This document shows positions 18,201 to 26,887 of a stretch of 64,000 nt of DNA, in pieces. The stretch spans positions 192,001 through 256,000 of the forward strand of contig JBBCJC010000003.1 of assembly GCA_037189525.1 (NCBI GenBank), read 5' to 3'. This DNA comes from Gemmatimonadales bacterium (GTDB lineage: Bacteria; Gemmatimonadota; Gemmatimonadetes; Gemmatimonadales; GWC2-71-9). A program made the position numbers and the translations under genes. The notes under the pieces were generated by a model, which saw only the letters and a program-made list of their open reading frames with translations, ran no database searches and was not told the origin of the DNA. The number at the start of each line of letters is the position of its first letter. Position 1 is the first letter of the stretch.

Positions 18201-18314
18201 CGTCGCATCAGTCACTTTGCCGCTTACTGTGCCGCCAGTCTGGGCAGCAACCGGCCCGGTCAAGCCGGTCAGTATTGCGCCCACGACGAGAAATTGGGGT
18301 ACTCCGAGTCGCAT
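15237..18314 (-). CDS. SusC/RagA-family TonB-dependent outer-membrane receptor (pair 1)
   Basis: Carboxypeptidase-regulatory-like N-domain, LDEIVTT, RIRG, PIYIVDG, DLNPEDIESIDVVRGPSASTLYG, GNPNLKPE and terminal Phe. Confidence 0.92.
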   Translation of the reverse strand: MRLGVPQFLVVGAILTGLTGPVAAQTGGTVSGKVTDATTQAPLSGARVSIPGTTLSALTSMEGRYRLINVPAGTQSVRFSQIGYAAQTLTATVTAGQTTSLDAGLSPTPYRLDEIVTTATGEESRRSIGNAVSTVEVANLVATTPIANMNDLLVAKAPGVVVLPGALTGGGARVRIRGNSSLSLSNNPIYIVDGIRVAGDVNSTSNGIGGSGPSRINDLNPEDIESIDVVRGPSASTLYGTDAANGVIVIKTKQGRAGATVWNAYAEQGYIKDYNKYPIAYRGWRTGTTATTNSTAANTVQCLLSQVLTNSCVQDSVTSYNLWEDPESSVLGTGSRNQFGLQASGGGETVRYYVAGEWEKETGLMQLPETFQARVRELRSISEVPDEQVHPNRLRRVSVRGNINANLNDKMDVTLSSGFITSALRLPQTDNNANGIGSNGFGGPGFKNYLVTLGGAERNNLGWRQSTPDESFAMTNTQNINRSITSVTFNYRPTTWLSGRVVGGVDFISREDLELCIRDQCPFVGTNRLGFKVNNRTTFFNYTGDASLTANYNFMGIGSRSTAGVQYAKENNTRNLASASELAPGASTIDAGALLSAGEATYSSVTLGYFAEQQFSFNDRLYLTGAIRSDRNSAFGNQFKRVYYPKVAVSYVISDEDFFPKGSFLNSLRLRSALGAAGRQPGGNDAIAYFTPTTVSADNADTPGIIFSALGNPNLKPERSQELELGFDANLLNVVNLEFTYYNKNSRDALISRVVAPSVGAAATRFENIGQVRNRGVEVALNVNPVNGRSFGWDFTLSGSYNKNKIVDLGGTPPNLGTTNSDIEGYPIQGWWMRTFTYEDRNGDGLIALDELTVTPENEYIGPSMPVGEFTFFNAFELFGRKLRIQTLFDAKTGGYQLNGTERIRCDNRLNCDGVVNPNSPLEEQARAMAVRVHAARTQAGYVEKSDIIRFRELSATFTFPDRLARTFGASRMSLTAAGRNLAKITGYSGIDPDGGYFGDNIGVLSDFQTTPPPTYFTFRLNMTF

Positions 18315-18401
18315 GACGGACCCTTCCCTGGCTAGTGGTGGACAGATTGTGATTGGGTGTGCGAGGGTCTTCGCCTGCGGAAGACCGCGACCCTTCAATG
18401 C

Positions 18402-18417
18402 TGCATTGCTTGTGCCG
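18402..18417 (-). promoter_or_regulatory. Sigma-54 (-24/-12) promoter of SusC-1
   Basis: Minus strand CGGCACAAGCAATGCA has GG-N10-GC spacing and is close to the consensus TGGCAC-N5-TTGCW; about 90 nt upstream of the start. Confidence 0.55.
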
Positions 18418-18563
18418 CTTGCCGGGGTAAGGTGAATACCCTTGCTCCGCAAAGGCTTACGTTCCGGTCAGGGAAAACCGGAGTCGTGTGCGATGGACAC
18501 GCCCTGCCGGGCAAGCGTGTCAGGGTGACACGAGGCCCGAGACCGCGTGTCGGAGATCGAGAC

Positions 18564-18971
18564 TTACCAGTCGGTGGGGAACTCGGTCGGGATCTGTCCG
18601 GCGATGGCGACGAGTTCGCGAGCGGATCCGGCATGCGGAACCAGTTGCGCAATCTCGCCCCGCGCCAGCCGGATCCGTCCTGACATCAGAGCCATCAAGG
18701 GCGCCTGTCGCCCGCTGAGCAGGTCGCGCCAGGCGGCGCCGGTGCCCTCGAGGACGAAAGCGGCATCGGCCAGATCCGCGTCGGAAGCGATCCGGGCGCT
18801 CCGGCATTGGCCTCGGTACAGATCGAGAAAGACGGCTGCCGGCAACATGTTGCCGTTGGTGGCAACGATTGCGACGGAGCCCTCCCAGGTGGCGGCGGCT
18901 GCCTGATACGCATCACTCCCGTTCAACGCGGCGCACCAAGCGTGAGCCCACGGTTCCGAAAAGGCGATCAT
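18564..18971 (-). CDS. SCP2 sterol/lipid-binding domain protein
   Basis: FSEPWAHAW, WEG, FLDLYRGQC, WRDLLSG and MALMSGRIRL-x-RG pattern. Confidence 0.75.
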   Translation of the reverse strand: MIAFSEPWAHAWCAALNGSDAYQAAAATWEGSVAIVATNGNMLPAAVFLDLYRGQCRSARIASDADLADAAFVLEGTGAAWRDLLSGRQAPLMALMSGRIRLARGEIAQLVPHAGSARELVAIAGQIPTEFPTDW

Positions 18972-19497
18972 CGTCGTTCCGTCATTTCCTGAAGTGAGAG
19001 TGACCTGGCCATTTTGGCCCGTCGGAAGGCAGACCAAAGTAATCGCGGCGCTTCCGATTGTCGGCGGCTGGGCAGGTTGCGCGGCAAGTGTCCCTGTCGG
19101 TTGCCTCTGCGTGGCTGGCCGTGTCGGAACGTTACGGGCATGACCGAAGGTCCCGTGTCTTTTCGACGCGCCGTCTGTCAGCTGTCGTCCTAACTAGTTG
19201 TTGTGCAATGACTTGACGACTCGGTCGGACGCGGCGCGGGGGTTGCTCCGGTGGCCGGGTGCGGCCCGGTCATCGACCGGTGGAAGAGAGAGCCCGGTCG
19301 TAATTGACCGGTTTTCGGACCCTGATGGGGTTGCCGCGATGCAGGGGGCTTCATAGTGAGTATCGACCCGACGGGGTCGACCCGACGGCGGTTCCCCGGA
19401 GCCGTTTCCGATACCCATCTGCTTGGAACCGCCAGGGGGTGGGTATCGGCGTCGTGGTTCATGCAGGAAGCAACTCCACTATCAACTCGAGGGATCA

Positions 19498-22455
19498 ATG
19501 AAGATTGGTCGCAGGGTGCTCATGCTCGGTATAGCCGGGCTGCTTGCGGCTCCCGGCTGGCTCGCCGCTCAGGCGCGTGAGATCACCGGGACCGTTTCGC
19601 GTTCAGGGTCGGGCGAACCGATTGCCGAAGCAACGGTGACCCTGGTAGGGACCACCACGGTCGCTCGAACCGATGCCGCCGGCCGGTACAGCATCACGGC
19701 GAGCGGGGATGCCCGCCTGATGTTTCGGGCCATCGGCTTCACACGGCGCGAAGCTGTGGTTCCGGCCGGTCAGAGCACGATGAACGTCTCGCTCGACCAG
19801 GACATCTTCAGGCTCGACGAAGTCATCGTCGCCGGTGCCGCGACCTCGGTCGAACGGCGCGCGGCCACGACCGCGATTGCCGTGGTCGGCGGCGAGGATG
19901 TGGCCAAGGTGGCCGCCCCGACCTTCGAGTCCGCGCTCAATGGCCGGATCAGCGGCGTCAACATTCAGTCGAACTCCGGCGCGCCGGGCGGTGGTATCCA
20001 GATGCAGATCCGTGGCAACACCACGGTGCTCGGCGCTTCGGATCCGCTCTTCGTCATCGACGGTGTCATCTACAGCAACACGCGCATCAACGGCGGCCGA
20101 GCATCGGCCATCGCCGGTGCGAGCGTGAACGAAGACGACCCGGTCAACCGCGTGGCCGACGTCAACCCGGCCGACATTGCGAGCATCGAGATCCTGAAGG
20201 GCGCCGCGGCGTCGTCGATCTACGGCTCGAAAGCGTCCAACGGCGTGGTGGTCATTAAGACCATCCGCGGTCAGGCCGGGCAGACCCGGGCCAACGTGTC
20301 GCAGCGGGTCGGCACCTTTGATCTGCAGCGCAAACTGCAGAGCCGGAACTTCCAGACGATCGAGGAAGCGGTCGACGTGTTCGGCGAGGCGAAGCGGGCC
20401 GCGCTGGCGCCGTACTTCGCGGGCGGGGCGCCGCGCACCTACGATCTGTACGAAGAGGTGTACGGCCGCAATGCGGTGTCCTATGAAACCGTCGCCGACG
20501 TGAGCGGCGGCACCGAGCAGACGCGCTTTTTCGTCTCGGGCACCTGGAAGCGCGATGAGGGCATCGCCGACAACAGCGGCTTTGGTCGCCAGGGTCTACG
20601 GGTCAACGTCGATCAGAAGCTGAGCAACAAGCTGGACGTCTCGGTGAGCAGCGTCTTCAACCGGTCGCTGGAGCAGCGGAGCTTTGCCAACAACGGCAAC
20701 GCCGGCGGCACGGCCGGATACGCGCTGGCGTATCAGCCGAACTTCCAGTCGCTCCTGCCGGGCGCCGACGGCCGCTTTACCGAGGTGCCGTTGACCGGCT
20801 ACTTCAACGCGAACCCCGTCCAGACCAACCGGCTGTCGGACAACAACACCGAAACCAACCGCTTCACGGGCGGAGCCAACCTGAACTGGCGGGCGTTTAC
20901 CAACGAGCGCCAGAGCTTCCTGTTCACGGCGGGCGCCGGCGTCGACATCTTCAACCAGGGCGATGAGATCTACACGCCGCCCGATCTCTTCTGGGAGCAG
21001 ATCAAGGCCCGGCCGGGCACGGCCAGCGAGCAGGCCGGGGTGAGCCGCCAGGCCAACTGGAACCTGAACGGCGTGCATACCTTGCGGCCCTCGTCGGGCT
21101 TTGTCACGGCGACGACGTCGTTCGGCGTGCAGTACGAGGATCGGCAGCTCAAGATCACCCGGGTGAGCAACACCAATCTCATCCCGGGACAGTCGAACGT
21201 GAACCGGGGCACCACGCCGGTTGCGGCGGAAGACCTGACGCGCGAGCGCACCTTTGCGCTCTATGCTCAAGAAGACCTGATGCTTCTCGATGACCGGATG
21301 CTCATCTCCGGCGGCCTGCGCGCCGAGCGGAGCAGCGCCAACGGCAACATCGACAAGTACTACATCTTCCCGAAGATCTCGGGTTCGTACCGGTTCAGCG
21401 ATCTGTTGGGCCAGGGCTCGCAGCTCAAGCTGCGCGCGGCATACGGCGAAACCGGCAACCAGCCCCTGTTCGGGCAGAAATTCACTACGCTCCTCACCCC
21501 GCAGTTCGGCGGCGTCAACGGCTTTACGCTGTCGACCGTCGCCGGTGCGCCGAACATCGAGCCGGAGCGCCTGAAAGAGGTGGAAGCCGGCTTCGAGGCC
21601 GAGCTCTTCCGCAGCCGGGTGGTGCTCGACGTCACGTACTACAACCGGAATACCACGAACCTGCTGCTCAATCGCGTGCCGCCGCCCTCATCCGGCTTTA
21701 CGCAGGAAGTGATCAACGGCGGCAAGGTGCAGAACAAGGGGATCGAAGCTTCCCTTGGTGTGACGCCGATCCAGGGGCGGAATGCCCAGCTGGTCACGCG
21801 GGCCACCTTCACGCTCAACCGCAATAAGGTGATCGAGCTCCCGGTGGCCTCGTTCCGGCCGCCCAATGCCGGGTTCGGTGGCCTCGGCACGACGTTCGTC
21901 GAGGTCGGGCAGCCGATGACGCAGATCGTCGGGTTCGGATTCGACGAGGACACGGTGCGCATTCCCACGCAGATGCGGTTGGGGAACTCCGCGCCGGATT
22001 TCCGGATCGGGTTTGTCAATGATCTGACCGTCAAGGCATTCAACTTCAGCATGGTCTGGGACTGGCAGCAGGGCGGCAACGTGATCAACCTGACCCAGTT
22101 CCTCTATGACGACGGTGGCAACGCCGCGGACCATGGCTCGCCGGACCACGCCTACCGGATGAAGGGCTACAACAGCGGCGTGATGACGCCGTACATCGAG
22201 GACGCGACCTTCCTCAAGCTGCGCGAGGTTTCGGTCGGGGTCAATCTGCCGCGCTCGTTCGCGAACGCGCTCAGCGTCGGCGCCCGCGACGTCCGCCTCA
22301 GCGTGACCGGGCGGAACCTGCTGATGCTCACCAACTATACCGGTCTCGACCCCGAGGTCGCCAACTTCGGCTCCACGGCCATCCGGAACAACCTCGACGT
22401 CGGACCGTTCCCGCCGAGCCGCAGCGTTTTCTTCAACATCGCGGTGGGCTTCTAA
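19498..22455 (+). CDS. SusC/RagA-family TonB-dependent receptor (pair 2)
   Basis: LDEVIV, SGAPGGG, QIRG, PLFVIDG, DVNPADIASIEILKGAAASSIYGSKASNGVVVI and terminal GF; GAGG RBS. Confidence 0.92.
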   Translation: MKIGRRVLMLGIAGLLAAPGWLAAQAREITGTVSRSGSGEPIAEATVTLVGTTTVARTDAAGRYSITASGDARLMFRAIGFTRREAVVPAGQSTMNVSLDQDIFRLDEVIVAGAATSVERRAATTAIAVVGGEDVAKVAAPTFESALNGRISGVNIQSNSGAPGGGIQMQIRGNTTVLGASDPLFVIDGVIYSNTRINGGRASAIAGASVNEDDPVNRVADVNPADIASIEILKGAAASSIYGSKASNGVVVIKTIRGQAGQTRANVSQRVGTFDLQRKLQSRNFQTIEEAVDVFGEAKRAALAPYFAGGAPRTYDLYEEVYGRNAVSYETVADVSGGTEQTRFFVSGTWKRDEGIADNSGFGRQGLRVNVDQKLSNKLDVSVSSVFNRSLEQRSFANNGNAGGTAGYALAYQPNFQSLLPGADGRFTEVPLTGYFNANPVQTNRLSDNNTETNRFTGGANLNWRAFTNERQSFLFTAGAGVDIFNQGDEIYTPPDLFWEQIKARPGTASEQAGVSRQANWNLNGVHTLRPSSGFVTATTSFGVQYEDRQLKITRVSNTNLIPGQSNVNRGTTPVAAEDLTRERTFALYAQEDLMLLDDRMLISGGLRAERSSANGNIDKYYIFPKISGSYRFSDLLGQGSQLKLRAAYGETGNQPLFGQKFTTLLTPQFGGVNGFTLSTVAGAPNIEPERLKEVEAGFEAELFRSRVVLDVTYYNRNTTNLLLNRVPPPSSGFTQEVINGGKVQNKGIEASLGVTPIQGRNAQLVTRATFTLNRNKVIELPVASFRPPNAGFGGLGTTFVEVGQPMTQIVGFGFDEDTVRIPTQMRLGNSAPDFRIGFVNDLTVKAFNFSMVWDWQQGGNVINLTQFLYDDGGNAADHGSPDHAYRMKGYNSGVMTPYIEDATFLKLREVSVGVNLPRSFANALSVGARDVRLSVTGRNLLMLTNYTGLDPEVANFGSTAIRNNLDVGPFPPSRSVFFNIAVGF

Positions 22456-22456
22456 T

Positions 22457-23884
22457 ATGAAAACGACGATGAATCGACGACTGTTGGGTCTCGGGCTGGC
22501 CGGCGCGCTGGCGCTCTCCGCCTGCGGAGACTTCGACGTACCGACTACCAACGCACCGACCGTGGACCAGCTGTCGGGCCGGCTGGCTCTGGCGCGGACG
22601 GCTACCGGGATCATGTCCCAGGCCAACACCGACATGGCCGGCCAGATCCAGCAGTGGGGTATCTATGGCCGCGAAGTCTGGAACCTCCTGGGTAACGATC
22701 CGCGGGAAACCGGCGAAGAGATCCGCGGTCCGCAGGACGCCGCCGGCCGCGCCGGCGGGCAGTGGGGCGGTAAGTACGTCGCCCTCCGGACCATCAATGC
22801 ATATCTGACGGCGGTTGGTGAGTCGGCCGAGTTGTCGGAGGCCGAGAAGTCGGCGGCGCGCGGGCTGGCCAAGACCTTCGCCGGCTACCACTTCTACAAG
22901 CTCGCCGTCCGGTCGGGGCCTCTCGGGCTGCCGATCGACGTCGACCGGCCGATCGACGCGGATCCGGCGCCGTTCGTGTCGCAGCAAGCGGCATTCGAGC
23001 ACGCGGTGTCGCTGCTGAACCAGGCGTACACGGATCTCCAGGCCGGTGGCGCAGCCTTCCCGTTCACGATGGCGCCCGGATATACCGGATTCACTACTCC
23101 GAGCACTTTCGCGACGTTCAATCGCGGTCTCGTGGCCAAGGTGCAGGTCGACCGGGCGCTGCTTGCGGGGTGCGGCCAGCAGTGTTTCCAGGCTGCGCTC
23201 ACGGCACTCGGCCAGTCGTTCATCACCACGGCCGGCCTCCCGGGATCCCTCACGACCGGCGTCTACCTTGCCTATGACGGCGCCTCCGGTGAGCCGACCA
23301 ACCCGGTCAGCGAGCCCCTGACGGCACTCCGGTTCTTCATGCATCCGTCGCTCGAAGCGCTGGTGCAGAACCAGGCAAATGCGTCGCCGGACCTGCGGTG
23401 GACGTCCAAGGTTCGTCGGATCGCTGAAGCGCGCACATTTGCCAACCTGACCAGCGACCTCAAGCCGATCCTTTACAACACCAACACGGCGACCTCGTCG
23501 GTGGCCAACCTCGGCGCCGACATCCCGCTGCTCAAGAACGAGGAGCTCCTGCTGATCCGTGCCGAGGCCAATTTCGGGATGGGGAACAAGCAGGCGGCGC
23601 TCGACGATATCAATCTCGTCAGGGTGAACTCTGGCGGGCTGGCGCCAAGCACGCTGACCGCCGCGAGCCCGGATGCCGACATCGTCTCGGAGCTGTTGTA
23701 CAACCGCCTCTTCTCGCTGCTGGCTGAGCAAGGGACGCGGTGGGTCGACGCGCGGAAGTACGGGCGGCTTGGCTCTCTCCCGATCGATCGGGCGGGAGAC
23801 GTGGTACATCCGTACATGCTGATCCCGGCCGGCGAGTGTGACGCGCGTGGTTTGAGCGTTCCCTGCACGCCGCTCGGAAACTGA
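22457..23884 (+). CDS. RagB/SusD-family lipoprotein (pair 2)
   Basis: Lipobox LSAC; EELLLIRAEA and LLYNRLFSLLAEQGTRWVDARKYG motifs. Confidence 0.87.
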   Translation: MKTTMNRRLLGLGLAGALALSACGDFDVPTTNAPTVDQLSGRLALARTATGIMSQANTDMAGQIQQWGIYGREVWNLLGNDPRETGEEIRGPQDAAGRAGGQWGGKYVALRTINAYLTAVGESAELSEAEKSAARGLAKTFAGYHFYKLAVRSGPLGLPIDVDRPIDADPAPFVSQQAAFEHAVSLLNQAYTDLQAGGAAFPFTMAPGYTGFTTPSTFATFNRGLVAKVQVDRALLAGCGQQCFQAALTALGQSFITTAGLPGSLTTGVYLAYDGASGEPTNPVSEPLTALRFFMHPSLEALVQNQANASPDLRWTSKVRRIAEARTFANLTSDLKPILYNTNTATSSVANLGADIPLLKNEELLLIRAEANFGMGNKQAALDDINLVRVNSGGLAPSTLTAASPDADIVSELLYNRLFSLLAEQGTRWVDARKYGRLGSLPIDRAGDVVHPYMLIPAGECDARGLSVPCTPLGN

Positions 23885-23919
23885 TCCAGGAGGTTCTTGA
23901 TCCGTCAGGTTCGTACGCG

Positions 23920-23953
23920 AATGGGGGGAGAGGCGATTGCCTCTCCCCCCATT
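23920..23953. terminator. Strong hairpin terminator between converging susD-2 and ftcd
   Basis: 15-bp perfect stem AATGGGGGGAGAGGC-GATT-GCCTCTCCCCCCATT. Confidence 0.8.
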
Positions 23954-23972
23954 TCGTATCCCCCTAGGTGTA

Positions 23973-25658
23973 TCAGGTAAACTTCGATTCGACCACCCGC
24001 TGGATCGCGGCCTCGAGCGCCGGGACCTCGGCGGCGAGCCGTTCGCCCTCGCGGACCCAGTCGGCCACCAGCTCGGGCTGCTTGAGCCCGGCGACGTTGG
24101 TCCGGACGTTGAGCCAGGCGCCCAGGACCGCCGAGCGCGCGCAGAGCGCGCCGACCCCGGCATCCGACGCCGAGGCCGGGTTGCCATGCTCCGCCATGGC
24201 CGCGAGAATCGCGAACGTGGCATACGCAGCTTGCATGACACGGAAGGGCACTTCCGTCGCGCCCCGATTGGCGGCTTCGAGGGCCGCTGCCCGTGCCGCC
24301 TTCTCCTCGTCGGATCCTTTCGGCATGCCGAGCGCGATCATCACCTGGTCGAACGCCCGGGTATCCTCGTCGACGGCGCGCAGCAGGCGATCCTTGAGGG
24401 CTTGCGCCTGCTCCGCCCAGGCCGAAAACTCCTCCCAACGGGCATCCCAGCCCCGCTTGTGGGCGCTCAGGTTGGCCACCATCGAACCGAGCGCGGCGGC
24501 GAGCGCACCAAGCAGCGCGGACACCGATCCGCCGCCGGGCGCGACCGACTCGCTGGCCGTCACATCGGCAAAGTCGGCGACGGTCCGGTCGATCAGACGC
24601 TTGGGACCACCCTGGCGGAGCCGGTACTCGATGATCCGTTCCTCGGGTTTGAATGGCCCCAACTGGTCGAGGCCGAGCGAGGTGACGGCAATGTGAATCA
24701 GTTCGTCTTCGGACACGCCGAGCGAGCGCTCCTGCTTGCGCAGGAAGTGGCGTCCGGCCTGGAGCATGGTGTCGAGCGGCACCAGTCCCACGAGTTCGGA
24801 GCCGGTCACCCGGATGCCGCGCGCCTCGGCCGCCCGGCAGACTTCGTCGAAAGCGGTATGGAGCGGCGTGACCGCCAGGTTGGTCAGGTTCATCGACACC
24901 TGAGCCACCCGATATTCGTCGATGTACCAGCCGATGGCTTTGACGGCCTTGAGCGTGCCGGGAATCATTTCCTGCTTCCCGTCAGCGCCGACCCGAATCT
25001 TTCCGGTCAGCGGATTGCCGTCGCGCGCGGGGCGGCCGGCCTCGCGGACATCGAAGGCAATGGCATTGGCGCGCCGGGTCGAGGTGGTATTCAGATTGAC
25101 GTTGTAGGCCACCAGGAAGTCGCGTGCGCCGATGACGGTGGCGCCGGTCTTCGGATTGAACGTGGTCGGCCCGAAGTCGGGCTTCCACACCGGGTCGCCC
25201 ATCTTCTTGGCAAAACCCTCGTACTCCCCGGCGCGAATCGTGGCCAGATTTTTCCGAGCGGGATTGGGCTGGGCATGCTCGTAGAGGTAGACCGGAATGC
25301 CGAGTTCGCTGCCCACCCGGCGAGCGAGCTCGGTGGCATAGGCCGCGGTCTCTTCCATCGTGATGCCCGAGATCGGCACCAGCGGGCAGACGTCGGTGGC
25401 GCCCATCCGGGGATGTTCGCCCTGGTGGCTCCGCATGTCGATCAATTCACCGGCCACTTTGATGGCCCGATAGGCGGCTTCGATGACCGGGCCGGGAGCG
25501 CCGGCAAAGGTCACCACGGTCCGGTTGGTGGACACACCGGGGTCGACATGGAGCAGGGTGACGCCCTCGACCTGCTCCACCGCGTCGGTGATCTGACGGA
25601 TGACGGCCGGGTCGCGGCCTTCACTGAAGTTGGGTACGCACTCGATCAGCTGGGACAT
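23973..25658 (-). CDS. ftcd: Bifunctional glutamate formiminotransferase / formiminotetrahydrofolate cyclodeaminase
   Basis: LIECVPNFSEGR, NRTVVT, HPRMGATDVCP and QVSMNL, then a cyclodeaminase domain (APGGGSVSA, DEDT, ASDAGVG). Confidence 0.92.
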   Translation of the reverse strand: MSQLIECVPNFSEGRDPAVIRQITDAVEQVEGVTLLHVDPGVSTNRTVVTFAGAPGPVIEAAYRAIKVAGELIDMRSHQGEHPRMGATDVCPLVPISGITMEETAAYATELARRVGSELGIPVYLYEHAQPNPARKNLATIRAGEYEGFAKKMGDPVWKPDFGPTTFNPKTGATVIGARDFLVAYNVNLNTTSTRRANAIAFDVREAGRPARDGNPLTGKIRVGADGKQEMIPGTLKAVKAIGWYIDEYRVAQVSMNLTNLAVTPLHTAFDEVCRAAEARGIRVTGSELVGLVPLDTMLQAGRHFLRKQERSLGVSEDELIHIAVTSLGLDQLGPFKPEERIIEYRLRQGGPKRLIDRTVADFADVTASESVAPGGGSVSALLGALAAALGSMVANLSAHKRGWDARWEEFSAWAEQAQALKDRLLRAVDEDTRAFDQVMIALGMPKGSDEEKAARAAALEAANRGATEVPFRVMQAAYATFAILAAMAEHGNPASASDAGVGALCARSAVLGAWLNVRTNVAGLKQPELVADWVREGERLAAEVPALEAAIQRVVESKFT

Positions 25659-25813
25659 GGCCTTCCCATCGGGGACGGATGGCAACGGGCCCCCGCGAGT
25701 CGCATTCGGACTCGGGGGGCGCGTCGAACGGTAGCTGGGCAGCGCGACACCGGCGGCGCCGCGCCTTCAAGTATAGCGGATTTCGATACGGCGGGGGCCG
25801 GCCGGCGTCGAGG

Positions 25814-26887
25814 TCAAGCCGGCCATTGCTGGGTGACGCAGTGAATCGCCCCAAGCCCCCAAGCGAGATCGGTGCAATCGATCACGACAATCTCCCGATC
25901 GGGAAAACAACTCTGCAGTGTTTCGCGCGCAATCTCGTCGCGTTCGACATCGTAGCCGGGCACGAGCACGACACCGTTGGCGACGTAAAAATTCGCGTAG
26001 CTGGCGGGAATCCGCTGACCGTCCTCATACAGCGCCCGTGGCATCGGCAGCGTAACGATATCGAGTGTCCGCCCGTCCTGGTCGGTCATCCGGCTCAAAC
26101 GGTCCAGGTTCTCCTGGAGCGGCCGGTAGTTCCGGTCGGACGGGTCGGTTTCGACCACGGTGACGACGGTGGTCGGATTGACGAACCGGGTCAGGTCGTC
26201 GATATGCCCGTCGGTGTCGTCGCCCTCGATCCCGTCACCCAGCCAGAGGATGTTGGTGACCCCGAGATACTGCCGGAGCGCCTGCTCGATCTCTTCTTTG
26301 GAGAGACTCGGGTTCCGGTTGGGATTGAGCAGGCAGCTTTCGGTTGTCAGCAGCGTGCCGGCCCCGTTCACGTCGATCGAACCACCTTCGAGGATCAACC
26401 CCGGATGTAATACCGGGACATTGAACTTCTCGCCGATGAGTGTGGGGATCCGGTCGTCGTCCTCGAAGGGCGGATACTTGTTGCCCCAGGCATTGAAGCC
26501 CCAGTCGAGGATGATCTGATCGTTGCGGCCGTTGCGCTCGCGCTGGATGAAGATCGGGCCGTGGTCCCGGCACCAGGCGTCGTTGGTAACGTGGTGATGA
26601 AAGAAGACCTGGTTGGTCGGCACGTTGGCGTGGGCCAGGGTCAGCCGCGCGCTGGCCTCCATGGCGGCATCGGCCACGTTGATGTGCACTTCTTCACGCC
26701 CGGCCAGATGACGCACGATCTCGCCGAATACGGTGGGAATCAGATGGACCTTGCCGGGCCACGAAGACTCCCGGTGCGGCCACGAGAGCCAGGTGCCGCG
26801 ATGCGGAGCCCATTCGGCGGGCATGCGGAAACCGGCTTCGGCCGGCGTCTCCTGGTAACCAGGGCGACTCTGACCGGTTGTCGTCAT
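25814..26887 (-). CDS. aguA: Agmatine deiminase
   Basis: RMPAEW, WCRDHGP, LEGGSID, DDTDGHID, SYANF and GAIHCVTQQ motifs. Confidence 0.92.
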   Translation of the reverse strand: MTTTGQSRPGYQETPAEAGFRMPAEWAPHRGTWLSWPHRESSWPGKVHLIPTVFGEIVRHLAGREEVHINVADAAMEASARLTLAHANVPTNQVFFHHHVTNDAWCRDHGPIFIQRERNGRNDQIILDWGFNAWGNKYPPFEDDDRIPTLIGEKFNVPVLHPGLILEGGSIDVNGAGTLLTTESCLLNPNRNPSLSKEEIEQALRQYLGVTNILWLGDGIEGDDTDGHIDDLTRFVNPTTVVTVVETDPSDRNYRPLQENLDRLSRMTDQDGRTLDIVTLPMPRALYEDGQRIPASYANFYVANGVVLVPGYDVERDEIARETLQSCFPDREIVVIDCTDLAWGLGAIHCVTQQWPA

